Below the pieces are notes generated by a model. The model was not told the origin of the DNA. It saw nothing but the letters and a program-made list of their open reading frames with translations, and searched no databases. Made by a program: the position numbers and the translations under genes. 64,000 nt of DNA, from the NCBI RefSeq assembly GCF_036321535.1, contig NC_087436.1, positions 12,276,001-12,340,000 of the forward strand, given 5' to 3'. The DNA comes from Camelus dromedarius (taxonomy: Eukaryota). Of the stretch, positions 1-15,010 are shown one piece after another (position 1 is the stretch's first letter; each line of letters opens with the position of its first letter).

Positions 1-2789
1 AAAATAGCTAGGAAGTTGACAATTCAGTATGGGTTATGACATCTAATTCATTGATCGTTGGTCCAATCATTGATGGATTACCTAGAAAGAGAGTAAGAGT
101 TTCTGAACTAAGATCTGGGGTATCTTGGTTTTAATGCAGAGAAGACAGGGTTGTACAACTGAATATTCCTTTTGAGTTTGGCTTATTTCCTTTCGTTAGA
201 AATTGCTGGTGAATACAGCCAGTCAGAGGTGTTTGGCTACTTTTTACTCCAATATTTTACTCCTTATTGGTTTATGCTCAAAGCTCTGTTAAGATCTAAT
301 CTGTCTTTTATAAAGCTATTCCTTAGAACGTAATCTTGAAAGGAGTACTGACTGGGTTCACACTAAGATGTACAAGGATGTGACTTGTCAGGTGGGACCC
401 TGAGTCCCAAAGGGCAAGTTTCTGATAGGCAGGTAACAAATAGGAGGCAGACTGCAAATACTGTCACTTCTCTTTTGGTGATAATAGGAAATGTGTGCTT
501 ATCAACTGGAAGGTGAACACCAATAACAATTTGTGTATTTTCAATTCCCTTAAAACAATATAAACTATTATTTTGTGGGACTTTGTAGGTGATAAAGAAC
601 TTGTAACCCATTATTATATTTATCTACTTATATGTGCCAAATATATAGATTGGATTTGTATGTGAGAACTCAGTTACTTACTGTGCAGTCAGTGTACATG
701 CATCATGAAAAAGCCCCAAACAGAAATAAAGGGATGTTTTTAAGCTCGTGGAATGAGGATAAGTTTCTTTCAGTTTAGAATTGTTTGCCTTGCCATTTCT
801 TGCTCTTACTTTTAGAAGCAAATGAGGGAGGTCTCTGTATGCATTGCGATGTGAAGAAAAGATAGAATCCTTCACAGCCCTGACACTCTAATGATATAAG
901 ACCCAGTCATCCATTTCCAGACCACACACACCCAGAAAGGATCAGGAAAGGGAAGGAAGAAAGGCTGCTCAACCCTGAGACTGACTAGGTGTCGGGACAC
1001 TGCTGTCCAAAGGCCAATCCCATGTCCTTCCAAAGGCTTCCATGCCTTTCTAGCATTAAAGGCATCTGAATGGACACCTGTTAATGCCACTTGCCCTACA
1101 TTACAATTCCTTGCGTCCTACATGCTGTCACGACATGAAACCTCCACGTGGGGCAGAGAACGGTCTTCATCTTTCCTTTATCCCAGTAGTCAAGACTCTG
1201 CTGTTGAAAGAGATCCTCTCCAGGGTATGTGAGCGGTGGTGCGTCTTCCCCTCTCCATGAATGATTCATGTGTTCTCTTGCTCTCTCTCTTTTTGGGGGC
1301 CTTTTTTTTTTTTTCCTGATTTTCTGAATGTATTTGCCTCTACTTTGATCTAATTTTAGGATTGCTTTCCTTTTTTATTTCTAAACCACTTAAATTTAAC
1401 TCTTCTGATAAAGTCTCTGGTCTTTATTTGCATTTTCTATTAATATAGTTTTTCTGTGGTCCCATGACTTTTTGGCTTATAACTACTTAACACTTATACC
1501 AACTTTCAACCAAAATATTCACTCAGTAAATCTTCTTTAATTAAATGTCAAGTAACATATTAAAACTAGGGAAAATGTAAAGTAAATTGGCATCAAAAAT
1601 AAAGGGACTTCTGAGGATTAGAATTTTCCCTGTTATATGAAAGTGCTTATGTGTTTGTAGATGAACACACATACGATCTCCGTTCACAAATTCAAAGGTG
1701 TCATGAAACACACAGTACCTATACAGAACACCCATATACACAGATGCACGTCTGTCTGGAGCGTGTAGGGATGGAAGGCCAGCTTCAGTGTGCATGGAGT
1801 TTGGATACTAGAAACTTTTTAACACTTGTTTCATTAAATTTACTTTTTCATTCATATAAGATTCTTTTTAGTTACCTAAAATATTTATCTCAGTTCCTGC
1901 TATAATTCTCTGAGACTCCAACTAGAATATTCTTGTTATATGTACTTGCATACACTTCTTGGCTAAAATATATTGCCAACATGCACAAAAAAAATTTAGC
2001 CATTTTCTCCATTTATTCATGGACCTATTTATTCGTCTCCCATAAAACATCACGTAGTTCAGTTGCTGGTACCACACACAGGTCATCCAGGAACCCAGGC
2101 AGGACTGTGGAGGGCGTTCTCCATTCTCTCTCTGCCTCACTTCCTGCAACCAGTCAGCCTGGTACCTTCTTGGTCTCGGTATCTCAGGTTGTGGAAATGA
2201 ATCCCTCATCAGGGGTCCCTGGTCTTTGATGTAGGTTGCTCCAATGCCTCCTCATTAGCCTTTCTCTCCAGTCTGACGTCTCTTTAATTCTCTGGCCACA
2301 TTGCTATTCAAGTGAGTTTTTAATATGGAAGTCTTACTCTGCTTATTTTAGGATAAATGTTAATTTCCTTTTCAACGGCTCCTTCAAGATTCCCCACTCC
2401 CCTCTCCCCCCATCTCTTCCTTCAGCCTCTTCTCTGGGTATTTCCCCGACAGCCAGTTTCTCACCCCTGCTTCATGCAGCCCCTGACCCCACTGTATGCT
2501 TGCTTTCTGCCTCTTCCTCCAGCCAGAGCACTCATGACTGACTCCTGGCTAAATCCTAACTCCTATTCAGGATCCGGCTCTTATGTAACCTCCGACTTAA
2601 AAACTCCCCGGTCCCCAGGACTCCATGGTGGTAAATGCCGTGTTTGATTCTGGCCTTTATGTCTGACTCCTATAATCATCAAGTCATTGATCATTTCCCA
2701 CGTTAGAGTATAAGGTTCTTTAGAACTGGAGTTGGGCTTTTTCCTCATGGTTTTCTGAATTGGATATAAATCAGATGCTTGATAGGTAG

Positions 2790-3070
2790 TTGCTGTCTGA
2801 ATGAAATAGTTGCTTTAATATGTGAAAGGCCCTGCACCAGAAATTGTGGCCACAGAGAAGGAAGCACAGATTATACACACAGATAGCAATCACCTGCGGG
2901 GTTATACAGACAATGTGACATGTTGAGAAAGTGAATCTCTTCAGTAAAGGATACTGAAGCAGTTCTGAGAGGGGACCTAACTTGACCTGCACCCTGGCTG
3001 AGGAAGGCTCCTTGGAGTTGGTAATTGTGTTTCATCTGGAAGGATGATTCAGACTTGGCTAGGCAGTTAC
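2790..3070 (-). mobile_element. Degenerate L2 LINE fragment
   Basis: Loose resemblance to the antisense L2 3' region (gaggggacctaac...gaggaaggctccttggagttggt...ctggaaggatga); by eye only. Confidence 0.4.
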
Positions 3071-3647
3071 TATCGAAATATATTTTTAAATGTTTCAGTA
3101 ATTAATCTCACCTTTATGGCTCAGATGATTTAGGATTCCTTTTAACATCCTTTACCTTAAAATCACTTTAACCCTGTATTTTATTTATTACGTATAAAAG
3201 TTTAAGAGAGCCATGGAAATAAGAAAAAGTTAATTAGGTCGTGCCTAAGTTGATGAAATATAGTTTTATTTTACCCCGCCTTTAGAGTTTATCAAGATTC
3301 TTTGGGAAGAGATTTATGTTGCTTTATGGTTTATGTTTTCTTTAGAGTTAGCAAAATTATAAATATATTTTTATAGAATATGGGTAAAGAATTCTAAACC
3401 TTTGATATTTGCTGAATGTTGTAGACATTTGCTGGGGAAAATATTTGTAGGTGGAAATACAATCAGCTGTAAATTTAACCATATTATTAAAAAACACAGG
3501 AATTTGTAATAATTGCTCAGCCATACACAATCCAAGTAGCATTTATACAACTCAAACATAATTTTCTGTCTAGTAAGAAGAAAGATACATGAGAATTATC
3601 TGTTGCAAAAGTGAGATGAGTCATATGATGAAGTATTTAGAAGTTTA

Positions 3648-5635
3648 ACTTTTTTATTATCAATTATTTTTAAACTTTGATGAAACACGTAACATGATCT
3701 CTCCTATTAATAAAATTGTAATCGCACAGTACAGTACTGTTAACTATATCTACATTGTTATACAGAAGATCTTTAAGAACTTTTTCATCTTGTGTGACTA
3801 AAACTGAAACTCCGTGCCTGTTGGACAGCGGCTCCCCACTCCCCTCCGCCCAGTCCCTGGCAGCCACCACTTTACTTTCTTCTATAAGTTTGACTCCTTT
3901 AGAAACCTTATATAAGTGCAGTCATGTTGTATTTGACCTTCTGTGTGTGACTGGCTAATTTCACTTAGAATAGTGTCCTCCAGGTTCATTCGTGTTGTAG
4001 CACATGATAGATTTCTTTCTGTTTTAAGGCTGAGTGATATTCCATTGTATGTATGTACCACATTTTCTTTATTCATTCATCCAATAATGGACACTTAGGT
4101 TGTTTCTGTCTCTTGGCTACTCTGAATAATGCTTCAGTGAATATAAGTGTACATTGTTTCTTTAAGATTCTGTTTTCAATTCTTTTGGAACAATACTCAG
4201 AAGTGGAGTTGCTGGATTATTTGGTAGTCAATATTTATAATTTATGAGGAAACTCCACACTGTTTTCCACAGTGACTGCACCATTTTACATTCCTACCAC
4301 CACTGCCAAATGGTTCCAATTTCTCCGTATCTTCACCGACACTTGTTATTTCCTGCTTTGGGGGTTGTTTGTTTGTTTGTTTGTTTGATAATGGCCATCC
4401 TAACAGTTATGAGGTGATATCTCATTGTGGTTTTGATTTGCATTTCCCTGATAATTAGTGATGCTGAGCATTTTTTCACATATCTTCTGGGAATTTGTAT
4501 ATCTTCTTTGAAGAAATGTCTATTCAAGTCCTTTGCCCATTTTAAAATTTGGTTATTTGGGGGTTTTGTTTTGTTTTTTGGTTTTGTTTCCTATTGAGTT
4601 GTAGGAGTTTCTTATGTATTTTGGATACTAACCCCTCATTAGATGTATGATTTGCAAATGTTTCCTTCTATTCCGAAGATTACTTTTCCCTCTTTTGATG
4701 GTTCCCTTTGCTGCACAGAAGCTTTAGAAGTCGTAGTCCCACTTGTCTGTTTTTGCTTTTATTGCCTGTGCTTTTGGTGTCACATCCAAGAACTCATTGC
4801 CAAGACTAGTTATGAAGCTTTTCACCTGTGTTTTTTCTTCTAGGGGTTTTACTTTTAAGCCTTTAATCCATTTTGAGTTGGTTTTTGTGTACAGTGAAAG
4901 ACGAGTCTAATTTTGTTCTTTTGTAAGTATATATCTAGTTTCCCCAACACCGCTTGTTGAAGAGACTATCCTTTCCCCACTGTGTCGTCTTGGCCTCCTT
5001 GTTGAAGATCCCATTTTACCATTTAGGTGTGGGTGTATTTTGGGGTCTTTATTCTGTCCCATTGGTCTATAGGTCTACCTTATGCCAGTACCATACTCTT
5101 GCTTACTGTAGATTTGTAATATGAAGTCAAGAAGTCTGAGGCTTCCAGTTTTGTTCTTTTTTCTCAAGATTGTTTTGGCTATTTAGGGTTTGTGGTTCTG
5201 TCTGAGTTCTAAGACTTTTTTCCCCCCACTTCTGCAAAAAATGCCACTCGGAATTTGATAGGGATTGAATCTGTAGATTGCTTTGAGTAGTATAGATAAC
5301 ATTTTAACAATACTGTTTTCCAATCCATGAACACATTGCTTTATGTCTGTCTTTAAATTCTTTCAGCAATGTTTTGTAGTTTTCAGTATACATGTCTTCT
5401 GCCTCATTAGTTAAGTTTATTCCTAAATATTTTATTCTTTTTTCTTATAAGTGAAGTTGTTTTCTTAATTTCCTTTTCATGTTGTTTGTTGTTTATAGAT
5501 ATGCAACTGATTTTTGTGTGTTGGCTTTGTATTGTAAAATTATATTGAATTTTTTATTACTTCTAAAACTATCTTTTAGTGTTTGAAATTTTTATGATTT
5601 TGTATATATAAGATTATGTAATCTGCTTGGAGAAA
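3648..5635 (-). mobile_element. 5'-truncated LINE-1 (L1MA/MB-like 3'UTR and ORF2 C-terminus)
   Basis: ORF2-like peptides on the minus strand ([12 protein letters not shown], 4333..4527; MNLEDTILSEISQS, 3882..4076). Candidate 10-bp TSD TAGAAGTTTA at 3638-3647 and 5636-5645. Confidence 0.9.
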
Positions 5636-7913
5636 TAGAAGTTTAGGAAAGTGATGATAATAATTTGCCTTTGTATACAGAATGCCTTCTTTCTCTTAAA
5701 TATGACTGAGTTTTGTATCTCAGAGACACATTCCAACAATTAAGACCACAGCCTTTCTACCTGTGAAAAGAGGTATTTAAGGGTTAAAAACGTGACTAAG
5801 GGCATCGCAGTACTTGACCCCTACAAAGCAACCTTATGACATGCATATTAATAAGACAGCCACTTTACAGAAGAGAAAATTGAAGTTGAAGCTTTTGAGA
5901 CTTGCTTGTATGACATAATTAACAAGGGGGTAATGCCATGACTCAAATTTCTATTTTCCCATCCACATAACTTTCTGAGTAAACAGACAGACTGTGCTTT
6001 TACCTTAGTACCATCTTTTCCTTGCTAATCTTCCTTTGATTCTTTTAATAGTAAAGTTTAATAATAAAGTTTTCTTTTTTATATCTGGGCATAAATCAAC
6101 AAGTGGCCCTGAAAATTGATGAAAATCTTCTGTAATAGGGATCAGGTAGCCTGGGACAGCCACACTTATTGAGGAAAACGCACAAATGATTACCACAACT
6201 TGACAACAGGTGTTTGCACTTCTTGCATTGTAAGTAGGTGCTCTATAATAGATTTATTTAATTTTTGAATTATTTTCTGGTTTTTTCCTTCATTTTAGAG
6301 AGTCTTTTGTTTTATCTTTTTATCAGAATGATATTGTTGTTTGCATTTGTGGATTAAATATATTTGATTATTTTAATTCCACTTTCGGAAATCCAGTACC
6401 AGAATTCTGTGACTTAGTGGAGTTTTCAGTCACTACAGAATTTACTTTTAAGGTGCTGTGAATTACAGCTTTTTTCATTGAAACACACTCAACTCCTAAA
6501 TGACTATCATCTAAACTGATCCTAGTTAGAAGCACATTGTTTGCATTAACAAACCTTGACAAACTTCCCTTTTTCTGAGGGCTCTTGTAAGGTCGCATTT
6601 ATCAATTTCCTTTAGATGATTCATGGAACGTGCTGATAATATGTTTTTCACCTTGAGCATTTTTGTTTCATTTTCAAGTTGCTTTTATTTGCCTTTTCAT
6701 CAGAATAAACATTACTTTAAGTTTATTTGTTGTGAAAACATCGTATCTGTTATTCTATGTAAATATTTTTATCTTATCAGACTATTTTTACAGCTCTCCT
6801 TTGTGTTTTCAAAGTCATCATCTTTGTATCTTTGCTTCTTCATTTAACTCAAGATATGTGGAACCATTTATACCTTATTGATTTGATGAGACAAGAGCTC
6901 ACCTGCTGTCAGTTATGACTGTATAATATGGTATATGTGAGTTTTTATTTCAGTCTCCTTCAGAGGGAAGGAGCTGTTTCTTTTATTCAAATTATTGATG
7001 AAGGTTATAAAGATGGCTGGCTGCAACAGAGGAATTATTCTCAAATTAAGGATACTAAAACAGCCTAGGTTTATGTGGCTCTTACCATGTCTTGCAAAAG
7101 CAGCAAGAAAATCCATTGTAGAATGTGTCTGACTACAAACCTTGGCTGAACCAATGAGCTAATTACCCTCTGCTTTTGACTTTGTTGAAATGGCCCTTGA
7201 GATACCGGTCCCATGGATCTTGAGGCTGTGCAGCTGATTATTTGCTATTTCACGTGACTGGTAATTATTTTCAAGAAATCAGACAGGCTTAGTAAGAGGA
7301 AAAAATATAATTGCTTTCCCAGCAATTTCTCTTCGTGATCAACAAAAAACAGAGTAAATAAATGTCTGTATCTTGTTAGAAACTTGAAGTCTCCCATGAT
7401 GTTTTTCTCTCTCAATTTTTTTCCACTTTATCTTGAGAAAAATTTTCATTGTGTATGACATTTTGACACCAATAAAAGTGGCTATTAGTTATTATTTAAG
7501 ATTTTCTTTTTTTCAACTTTGATATGGTATTCATTATTAAAATTAGCCTCATTCTACATCAAATATGTTAATGGAATATTTCATGTGGCCTCAGAGACAC
7601 ATCAACTAGGCATCCACTGGCCTGAATCTGATTATGGGTGATTTATAAGTAGGCTACTGGTTTCTTGGGAATGAATGACAAAGATTTCCAAAAGGAAGAA
7701 CATTATGAATGCCAGGTTATTTATTCATAATCTTGTTTTATAGTTAGCTCTAGTGATCCCATTAAGTATACTGAAATTCTGGTAAGAAAGACATGGAAAG
7801 AAATTATTTAGAAAGGGAAAATCTTTTATAAAATACAAATATATATCCTGACTAACACCTTTTCTGTCTAGTAAAACTCAAGATTTTATTTATGATGCCA
7901 ATGTCTTTCATAA

Positions 7914-8156
<243 letters not shown>

Positions 8157-8299
8157 TGAAATATAATTTACTTTTTCAAAAATTCTTCTTTGTTTCATCA
8201 AATAAGAGACTAAATAACTCAGCACATTTATAATGGAAATTACTTCAACTCCAGGAATTTTTTGAAAGATGTAATTTTAAAAGAAATGTTAAATAGATT

Positions 8300-9760
8300 C
8301 AAAGGGTTGAAATAATACAAATTATGATTTCAGACAATGAAATTAAATTAAAAATCAGTTTCAGAAAGATAACTAGAAAAACCTCACATTTTAAAATTTT
8401 AAAATATACATCAAATATCCAATTCAGTCAAGAATTTATAATGAAAATAAGAAATTATTTTCAGTTATAACAAAAATACTGAGAATATCAAGCCTGTAAG
8501 ATACACCTAAAACAGTATTTAGAAGGAAATTCATAAACTTAACTGCTCACATTAGGAAATAAGAAATACTAAAACCAGTGAGGTAAACATCCTCGTAAAA
8601 AGGCTAGAAAAAAAGCAATAAAATAAATAGAAAAGTACATAAAGGAGGAAGTAAAAAGTGAAAGATGAAGTTAAAAGCATGAAACATAGCATAAAATATG
8701 AACAAAGTTGGTACTTTGAAACAACTTAGAAAAATAGAGAAATGGATGAAAAGAGATCAAGAAAGAAAAAAAAAGAGAGAAAGCACAATTATCTAATATT
8801 CAGAATAAAAAGATTATTATAACCATAGATACTTTAGACACCAAAATGAGAATAAAGAATATTTTGAACATTAACTTAAAAAATGTAAATGAAATGGCAA
8901 ATTACTACAAAATATTACTAAATTCTTTTTCAAGAAGAAATAAAAAGCCTGAATGCTTCTGTAAGCACTAAAGAAATCAAATTACTATTTGATTGAATAA
9001 TTAATTAATTTTTTTCAACAATGAATATCCAGTCTCAGATGGCTTAATCAGTGAATTCTAACCTAACAGCCAAATAAGAGATAAGTATAGTCTTATATAA
9101 AAATGTACAGGAAATTTAAAAAAGGATGCACTCTTCTAGTTATATAGGTAACAAAATTTTGATAGTCATCCTGTTGGCAAGAACGGTATAAGAAAGGAAA
9201 ATTTTAACCCAGACTCACAGTTGAATATGTATGCAAAATCCTCCCCAAATTACCAAACCAAATGCAGCTACATATGCATCTATATGTATATATGCATCTG
9301 CCTATAAATATATAAATAATACATAAAATACATTATATATGTATTTCAAGTACAGATATAGATGCAAGGAAATGTGTATATATGTATTATATATTATTTA
9401 TATATGTTTGTGTGTATATGTATATATGTATGTATATATATATGCACAATTAGATGTATTTCAACTGAATCAAGAAAACAATCTATTATGATTTAACAAG
9501 AACAACAAACCTTGAGCAAACTAGGAATAGAAGAATACTTTCTTAATTTTATAAAGAGAATCAACAAAAATTAGTGCAAATACCATTATTAATGAGGAAA
9601 TCCTGAAATTATTTATTTGACTTAGGTAAAAAACCAAGTATGTCCACCACTCCCCTTCCTTTTTTTTTTTTTAACATTTTGGTGGAAATAGTAGCCTGTT
9701 AAGGCAAGACAATGAGATTATACACACAAGGATTAAAAAGGAAGTCATAAAATTCCCCTT
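8300..9760 (+). mobile_element. Old, decayed LINE-1 ORF2 fragment with an internal TA-rich low-complexity patch (~9270-9445)
   Basis: A-rich + strand with L1 ORF2 motifs (aaaacagtatttagaaggaaattcata; ccagtctcagatggcttaatcagtgaattcta; gcaaactaggaatagaag). Confidence 0.75.
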
Positions 9761-10710
9761 ATTTTATTGTTTGTTTGGTTATAGAATTTAAAATTATTAA
9801 GAAACAAAAAATAAATTTATTAATTTCTGGATTTTTGTCTTGAGTGCTAATCTTAAAGGTCTCCCCAGACCGAGATTGTCTTGATGTTAATCTTTGTTTT
9901 TTACCAGTTGTTAAATGATTTTTTTACCTTTGGCAAATTCATCTGGAATGACTCAAATACACTTTGAGTTTTGGTGGGAATGCAAATGCAGCTAAAGAAG
10001 GTTTGGTCTCCTGATAACTGACTGTTGTTATGATTACTGTGGGTATGGAGCTGTCCGGGATGTTGCAATACTTAAACAATGAAAACTAAATGAAACTCTG
10101 GTGTAGCATAAGTAGATTTTACACATAGAAATTTACAACTGACTTGTAATAAATTAACACATATGTAATTCTTTATATAGTTATTTTTAATTTAAGAATT
10201 GTGAGTCTACATTGTAATATGTAGGTGCTGATAAATTTCTATTTAGATTCTTTGGACAAGCCCTTGAAAATATAACATGAAAATCATTAAAAAGATACTG
10301 AAGAAAAAGATATAAAAGATGATAAAGCTTCAGAGAAAGTTTAAAACTCTACATAATTTTTGAAAATAAAGCCTTATAGAATATAGAAAGCTTTGGAACA
10401 AGATTAATCAAGTTAAATCAGCTTTAAGAACAAGATAATATCTGAAAAAAGTTTCTCTTACCTAATTGCAGTACCCATACCATTAGCATTCAAAGTTTAT
10501 TCACTTTTCTTGTACATAATAAAATGGTATTTTCTAGAGTGTTGCAAAAAGGAAGAAATAAACAAATCCATTAACTTTTCTATTATATTTTTTAACTGTG
10601 TACAAGGATGAACAAATAAATTGTAATATTAATAAGTTGCCAATGAACAATATTAACCCATTTTTCATTCTTAAATTTTCATTATTTTATTTCTTTAATA
10701 TCTTCTCTTT

Positions 10711-12330
10711 ACTTTTTTATTTTATTGAAGCATACTGATTTACAATGTTATGTTAGTTTCAGGTCTACAGAATATGGGTTCAGTATTTTTACAGATTATA
10801 CTCCATTAAAAGTTATTGCAAGATAATGGGTTTAATTCTCGGTGCTTAGTTATTTTCTACATAGGAGTTTTTATTTCTTAATCCCATAGTCCTATTTTGC
10901 CCCTTCTCCTTTCTCTTTCTTTTTTGGTAATCACAAGTTTGTTTTCTATATCTGTGCATCTCCTTCTGTTTTGTGTATACATTTGTTTGTATTATTTTTT
11001 AGATTCTACACATAAGTGATTTTATACCATATTTGTCTTTGTCTGATTTTGTTTCATTAAACATAATATTCTCTAGGTCCATCCATGTTGCTGCAAATGG
11101 CAGAATTTCATTCTTTATTTATGGCTGAGTAATATCCCTGTGTGTGTGTGTATTACATCTTCTTTATCCACTCATCTGTTGATTGGAACTTGGGTTGCTT
11201 CCGTATCTTGGCTATTGTAACTAATGCTGCTATAAGCACTGGAGTGTATGCATCTTTTCAAATTCATTTTTTTTCCCAGATACATACCCAAGAATGGATT
11301 ATTGGATCATATGTTAGTGCTGTTTTTAGTTTTTTAAGGAACTTCCATATTGTCTTCCATAGTGGCTGCACTAATTTGCATTCCCACCAACAGTGTACAA
11401 GGGTTCCCTTTTCTCCACATTCTCTCCAACATTTGTTATTTGTAGACTTTTTGATGATAGCCATTCTGACAGGTGTGAGATGATATCTCATGGTGGTTTT
11501 GATTTGTATTTCCCTAATAATTAGTGATGTTGAGCAACTTTTCATTTGTCTGTTAGACATCTGTATGTCTTTTTTGGGAAAATGTCTGTTAAATCTTCTA
11601 CTCATTTTTTTGATTGAATTTTTTTGGTATTGAGTTGTAAGAGCTGTTTATACATTTTGGATATTAACTCCTTGTCATTCATAGCATTTGCAAACATATT
11701 CTCCAATTCATTAGCTAGTCCTTTTGTTTTGTCAATGGTTTCCTTTCCTGTGTAGTCTTTAAAGTTTAATTAGGTCCCTTTTGTTTATTTTTGCTCTTAT
11801 TTATTTTGCCTTAGAAGACAGATCCAAAAAAAAAATTGCTACTATTTATGTCAAAGAGTGCTCTGCCTATGTTCTCTTTGAAGAGTTTTATAGTTTCAGG
11901 TCTTTCATTTAGGTCTTTAATATATTTTGAGTTTATTTTTGCATATGGTGTGAGGAAATGTTCTAATTGCACCCTTTTCCATGTAGCTGTCCAGTTTTCT
12001 CAGCACCATTTATTGAAGAGGCTATTTTTTCTCCATTGTATATTCTTACCTCTTTTGCTTTAGATTAACTGACCATAACATAAGTGTGTGGGTTTATTTC
12101 TGGGCCCTCCATTCTGTTCCATTGTTTTATATGTCTGTTTCTGTGCCAATACCACACTTTGATAACTGTAGCTTTGTAGTATAGTCTGAAGTCTGGGAGT
12201 GTGATATCTTCAGCTTTCTTCTTTGTTTCTCAGATTTCTTTGGCAATTTGAGGTCCTTTATGATTCTACAGAATTTTAGGATTATTTTTTCTAGTCCTGT
12301 GAAAAATATCATGGATATTTTGATAGAGAT
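10711..12330 (-). mobile_element. 5'-truncated LINE-1 with a laurasiatherian/cetartiodactyl-type 3' end
   Basis: Begins ttttattgaagcatactgatttacaatgttatgttagtttcagg. ORF 11264..11605 reads [54 protein letters not shown], the ORF2 C-terminal domain. Confidence 0.93.
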
Positions 12331-12339
12331 TTAATCAGT

Positions 12340-13600
12340 TTAATTTAATTTGATCTGTATATTTAATGGGTCCTTTTTACTTTGGGTCTTTTTCACTTCT
12401 TCCTTTGTAAGTTTAATTCATTAACTTCAAATATCTTTTCTTTTACAATGCAAACATTTAAGGCTATAAGCTTTCTTCTAAAGACTAGTCTATCTGAATT
12501 TCACCAGCTTGACACAGTATTTTTGTTATTTTTCTATTCTAATTATCTTCTTTATCTTTTATTATTTCTTCTAAGCCCACATATTTTTCAGTAGCATATT
12601 TTTTTATTCACAAAAATATGTTGTTTTTCTAATCTTCCTTTTTTATCAATTTCTCCTTTAGTCACTTTTTGGACAGAGACTGTAGTCTCAATGATGTCAG
12701 TCTTTGAAATAACTTGAGGCTGGCAGTATGACTTTGGAATTGACCGGTGTTCATTAAAAAATAATCTTTGCTTTGAAATGTGTCTTGTGCAATGGTTGGG
12801 TCCCAAGTTTTCTATATATGCATTAGTTTTTTTAATTGTGCTATTTGTATGTTCTTTATAGTATTTTTTTGAATGTTTCATCTATCAAATAGTAGAAAGG
12901 TATGTTATTAACATATTAAAATATTATTTGCCACTATTTGATAGATTATAGTTCTAAAATATTTTTACACTATACTATTATAAATTGTATTGTTATAAAT
13001 TGTATTCATATATGTTTATAATATTGTCTTCCCAATAAATTAGACTGTTATCATTCTACAATGTATCTCTTTATCTCTAGTCACGGTTTAGGTTAAAATT
13101 ATTTTTTCTGATGTTAATAAATCTACACTTTCTTTTGATTAATATTGATTAATATTTCTGCCTGGTATATCTTTATCTTCTTTAGACATTTAGCCATTTG
13201 AGATCTTGTGTCTCATGTGTGTCCCTTTTAGACAGCAAATAATTTGGTTTTATTTTTAATTGAATCCAGGATGGCTAGTTTTGTCTTTAATTAACTAAAG
13301 TGCTTTTTGCAGTTACATCTATTATGATTACTGATGTATTACTGCATCTTATTTACATTCTGTATATCCCACTTGATTTCTTTTGTTCTGTGTTTTGCCT
13401 TTTAATGTATAGAATTATGTTTCATTTTCCCTCATTTCATTTTTTCCCCTCTACTCATTTGAAAATTTTAAGTGTGTATTCTATCTTTGGTACCTTTTTC
13501 TACTAGCTTACTCTCTGCATGGAGTCATATGTAATTAATATCTTTATCCTCCTACCAAACCATAAAAAGATTCTAAAAAAAGATTATGATTCACATAGCC
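12340..13600 (-). mobile_element. Old, decayed LINE-1 fragment (ORF2 N-terminal region)
   Basis: T-rich + strand with motifs such as tttaaggctataagctttcttcta and ttttttctgatgttaataaatctacactttcttttgattaat. Confidence 0.6.
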
Positions 13601-13719
13601 TTCATCATGTATTATACTGTTTTGTTTTGTCTTCAAGCTTGTTTTCTTTCTGAGACAAATGAGATATTAGTCATTGTTTTTTACACTTAACATTTAACTA
13701 TATGCAGATATTTAATAAC

Positions 13720-14772
13720 ATTTTTATTGTGATAAAAACATACAGAATTGCTGTCTTAACCATTTTTAAATATACAATTCAGTCGTGTTAAATGCATGCA
13801 CATTTTGTGAAACGGATTTCTAAAACTTCTTCATCTTGCAAAACTGAAACTCTGTATCCATTAAACAAGTCTCCATTTTCCTCTTCCCTCAGTTCCTGGT
13901 AAGCACCATTTACTTTCTGTTTTTTATGAATTGACCACTTTTGATACCTTATATAAGTGAAGTCACATAGTATTTGTCTTTTTGTAAGTGGCTTATCTTA
14001 CTTTGTAAAATGGCCTAAAGGCTTATCCATGCATAAATTCTTGGGGATTTCTGGATCATTTGACAGTGCTATTTTTAGTTTTTTGAGGAACTTTCATACT
14101 GTTTTCTGTAGTGGCTGCACTATTCTAGAATCTTTCCAGCAGTGCACATGGGGTCCAGTTTCTCTGCATCTTCCCCAAAATGTGTTATTTTCAACTCTTT
14201 TGACCGTCACCATTGTAATGAGCATGAAGTGAGATCTCCTTACGGCTTTGACTTGCATCTCTCTGATGCATTACTGATGTTGATCATTTTTCTCATATGT
14301 CTATTGGCCATTTGTACATCATCTCTAAAGAGATGTTTATTCAAGTTTTTTGCTCATTTTTAATTGGAGTATTTTGTGTGTGTGTGTGTGTGTGTTGTGG
14401 AAGTGCTTTATATATTCTAGTTATTAACCCCCATGAGATATAAAATTGGCAAATATTATCTCCTTCTCTGTAGTTGCCTTTTGACTGCATTGACTGTTTT
14501 CTTTGCTTCACAAAAGTTTTTTAGTTTGATGTAGTACTAATGATCTAGTGATTTTTTGCTTTTTTTTATTTTGCTTTTGGTGGAGTATCCAAGAAATCAT
14601 TGCCAGATCCAATGAAGCTTTTCCCCTATGTTTTTTCCTAGGCATTTTAGTGTTTTAAGTCTTATGCTTAGGTCTTTGATCCACTGTCAAGTTAATTTTT
14701 GCATATGGCTTAAGATGAGTCTAATTTCATTCTTTTGCACATAGAGATATTTTTCCCAACATTTGTTGAAGA
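13720..14772 (-). mobile_element. LINE-1 3' fragment (L1MB-like) containing a (TG)n tract at ~14376-14395
   Basis: Typical antisense L1 3' text: ttaaccatttttaaatatacaattcag; catcttgcaaaactgaaactctgtatccattaaac; ttgaggaactttcatactgttttc. Confidence 0.85.
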
Positions 14773-14913
14773 TATACCAAATATTTTTATTCAGTATTCC
14801 TTCTCATTTCTCAGACTTCAATCAAAGCTCATTTTGTCCTGACTATAGCCTATATTTTAGATTAGTTTTTAATTTAGCTTGTTTTGGTGGTATTTTTCCT
14901 GCTTGAAATGTGG

Positions 14914-15010
14914 ATTTTTTTAAATTAAAGTATAGTTGATTTATAATATTATATTAGTTTCATGTGTACAACATAGTGACTTAATATTTATATATGATAT
15001 ACTTCATTTT
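14914..15010 (-). mobile_element. Very short LINE-1 3' terminus
   Basis: tttttttaaattaaagtatagttgatttataatattatattagtttcatgtgtacaacatagtga, the same tail type as at 10711. Confidence 0.7.
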
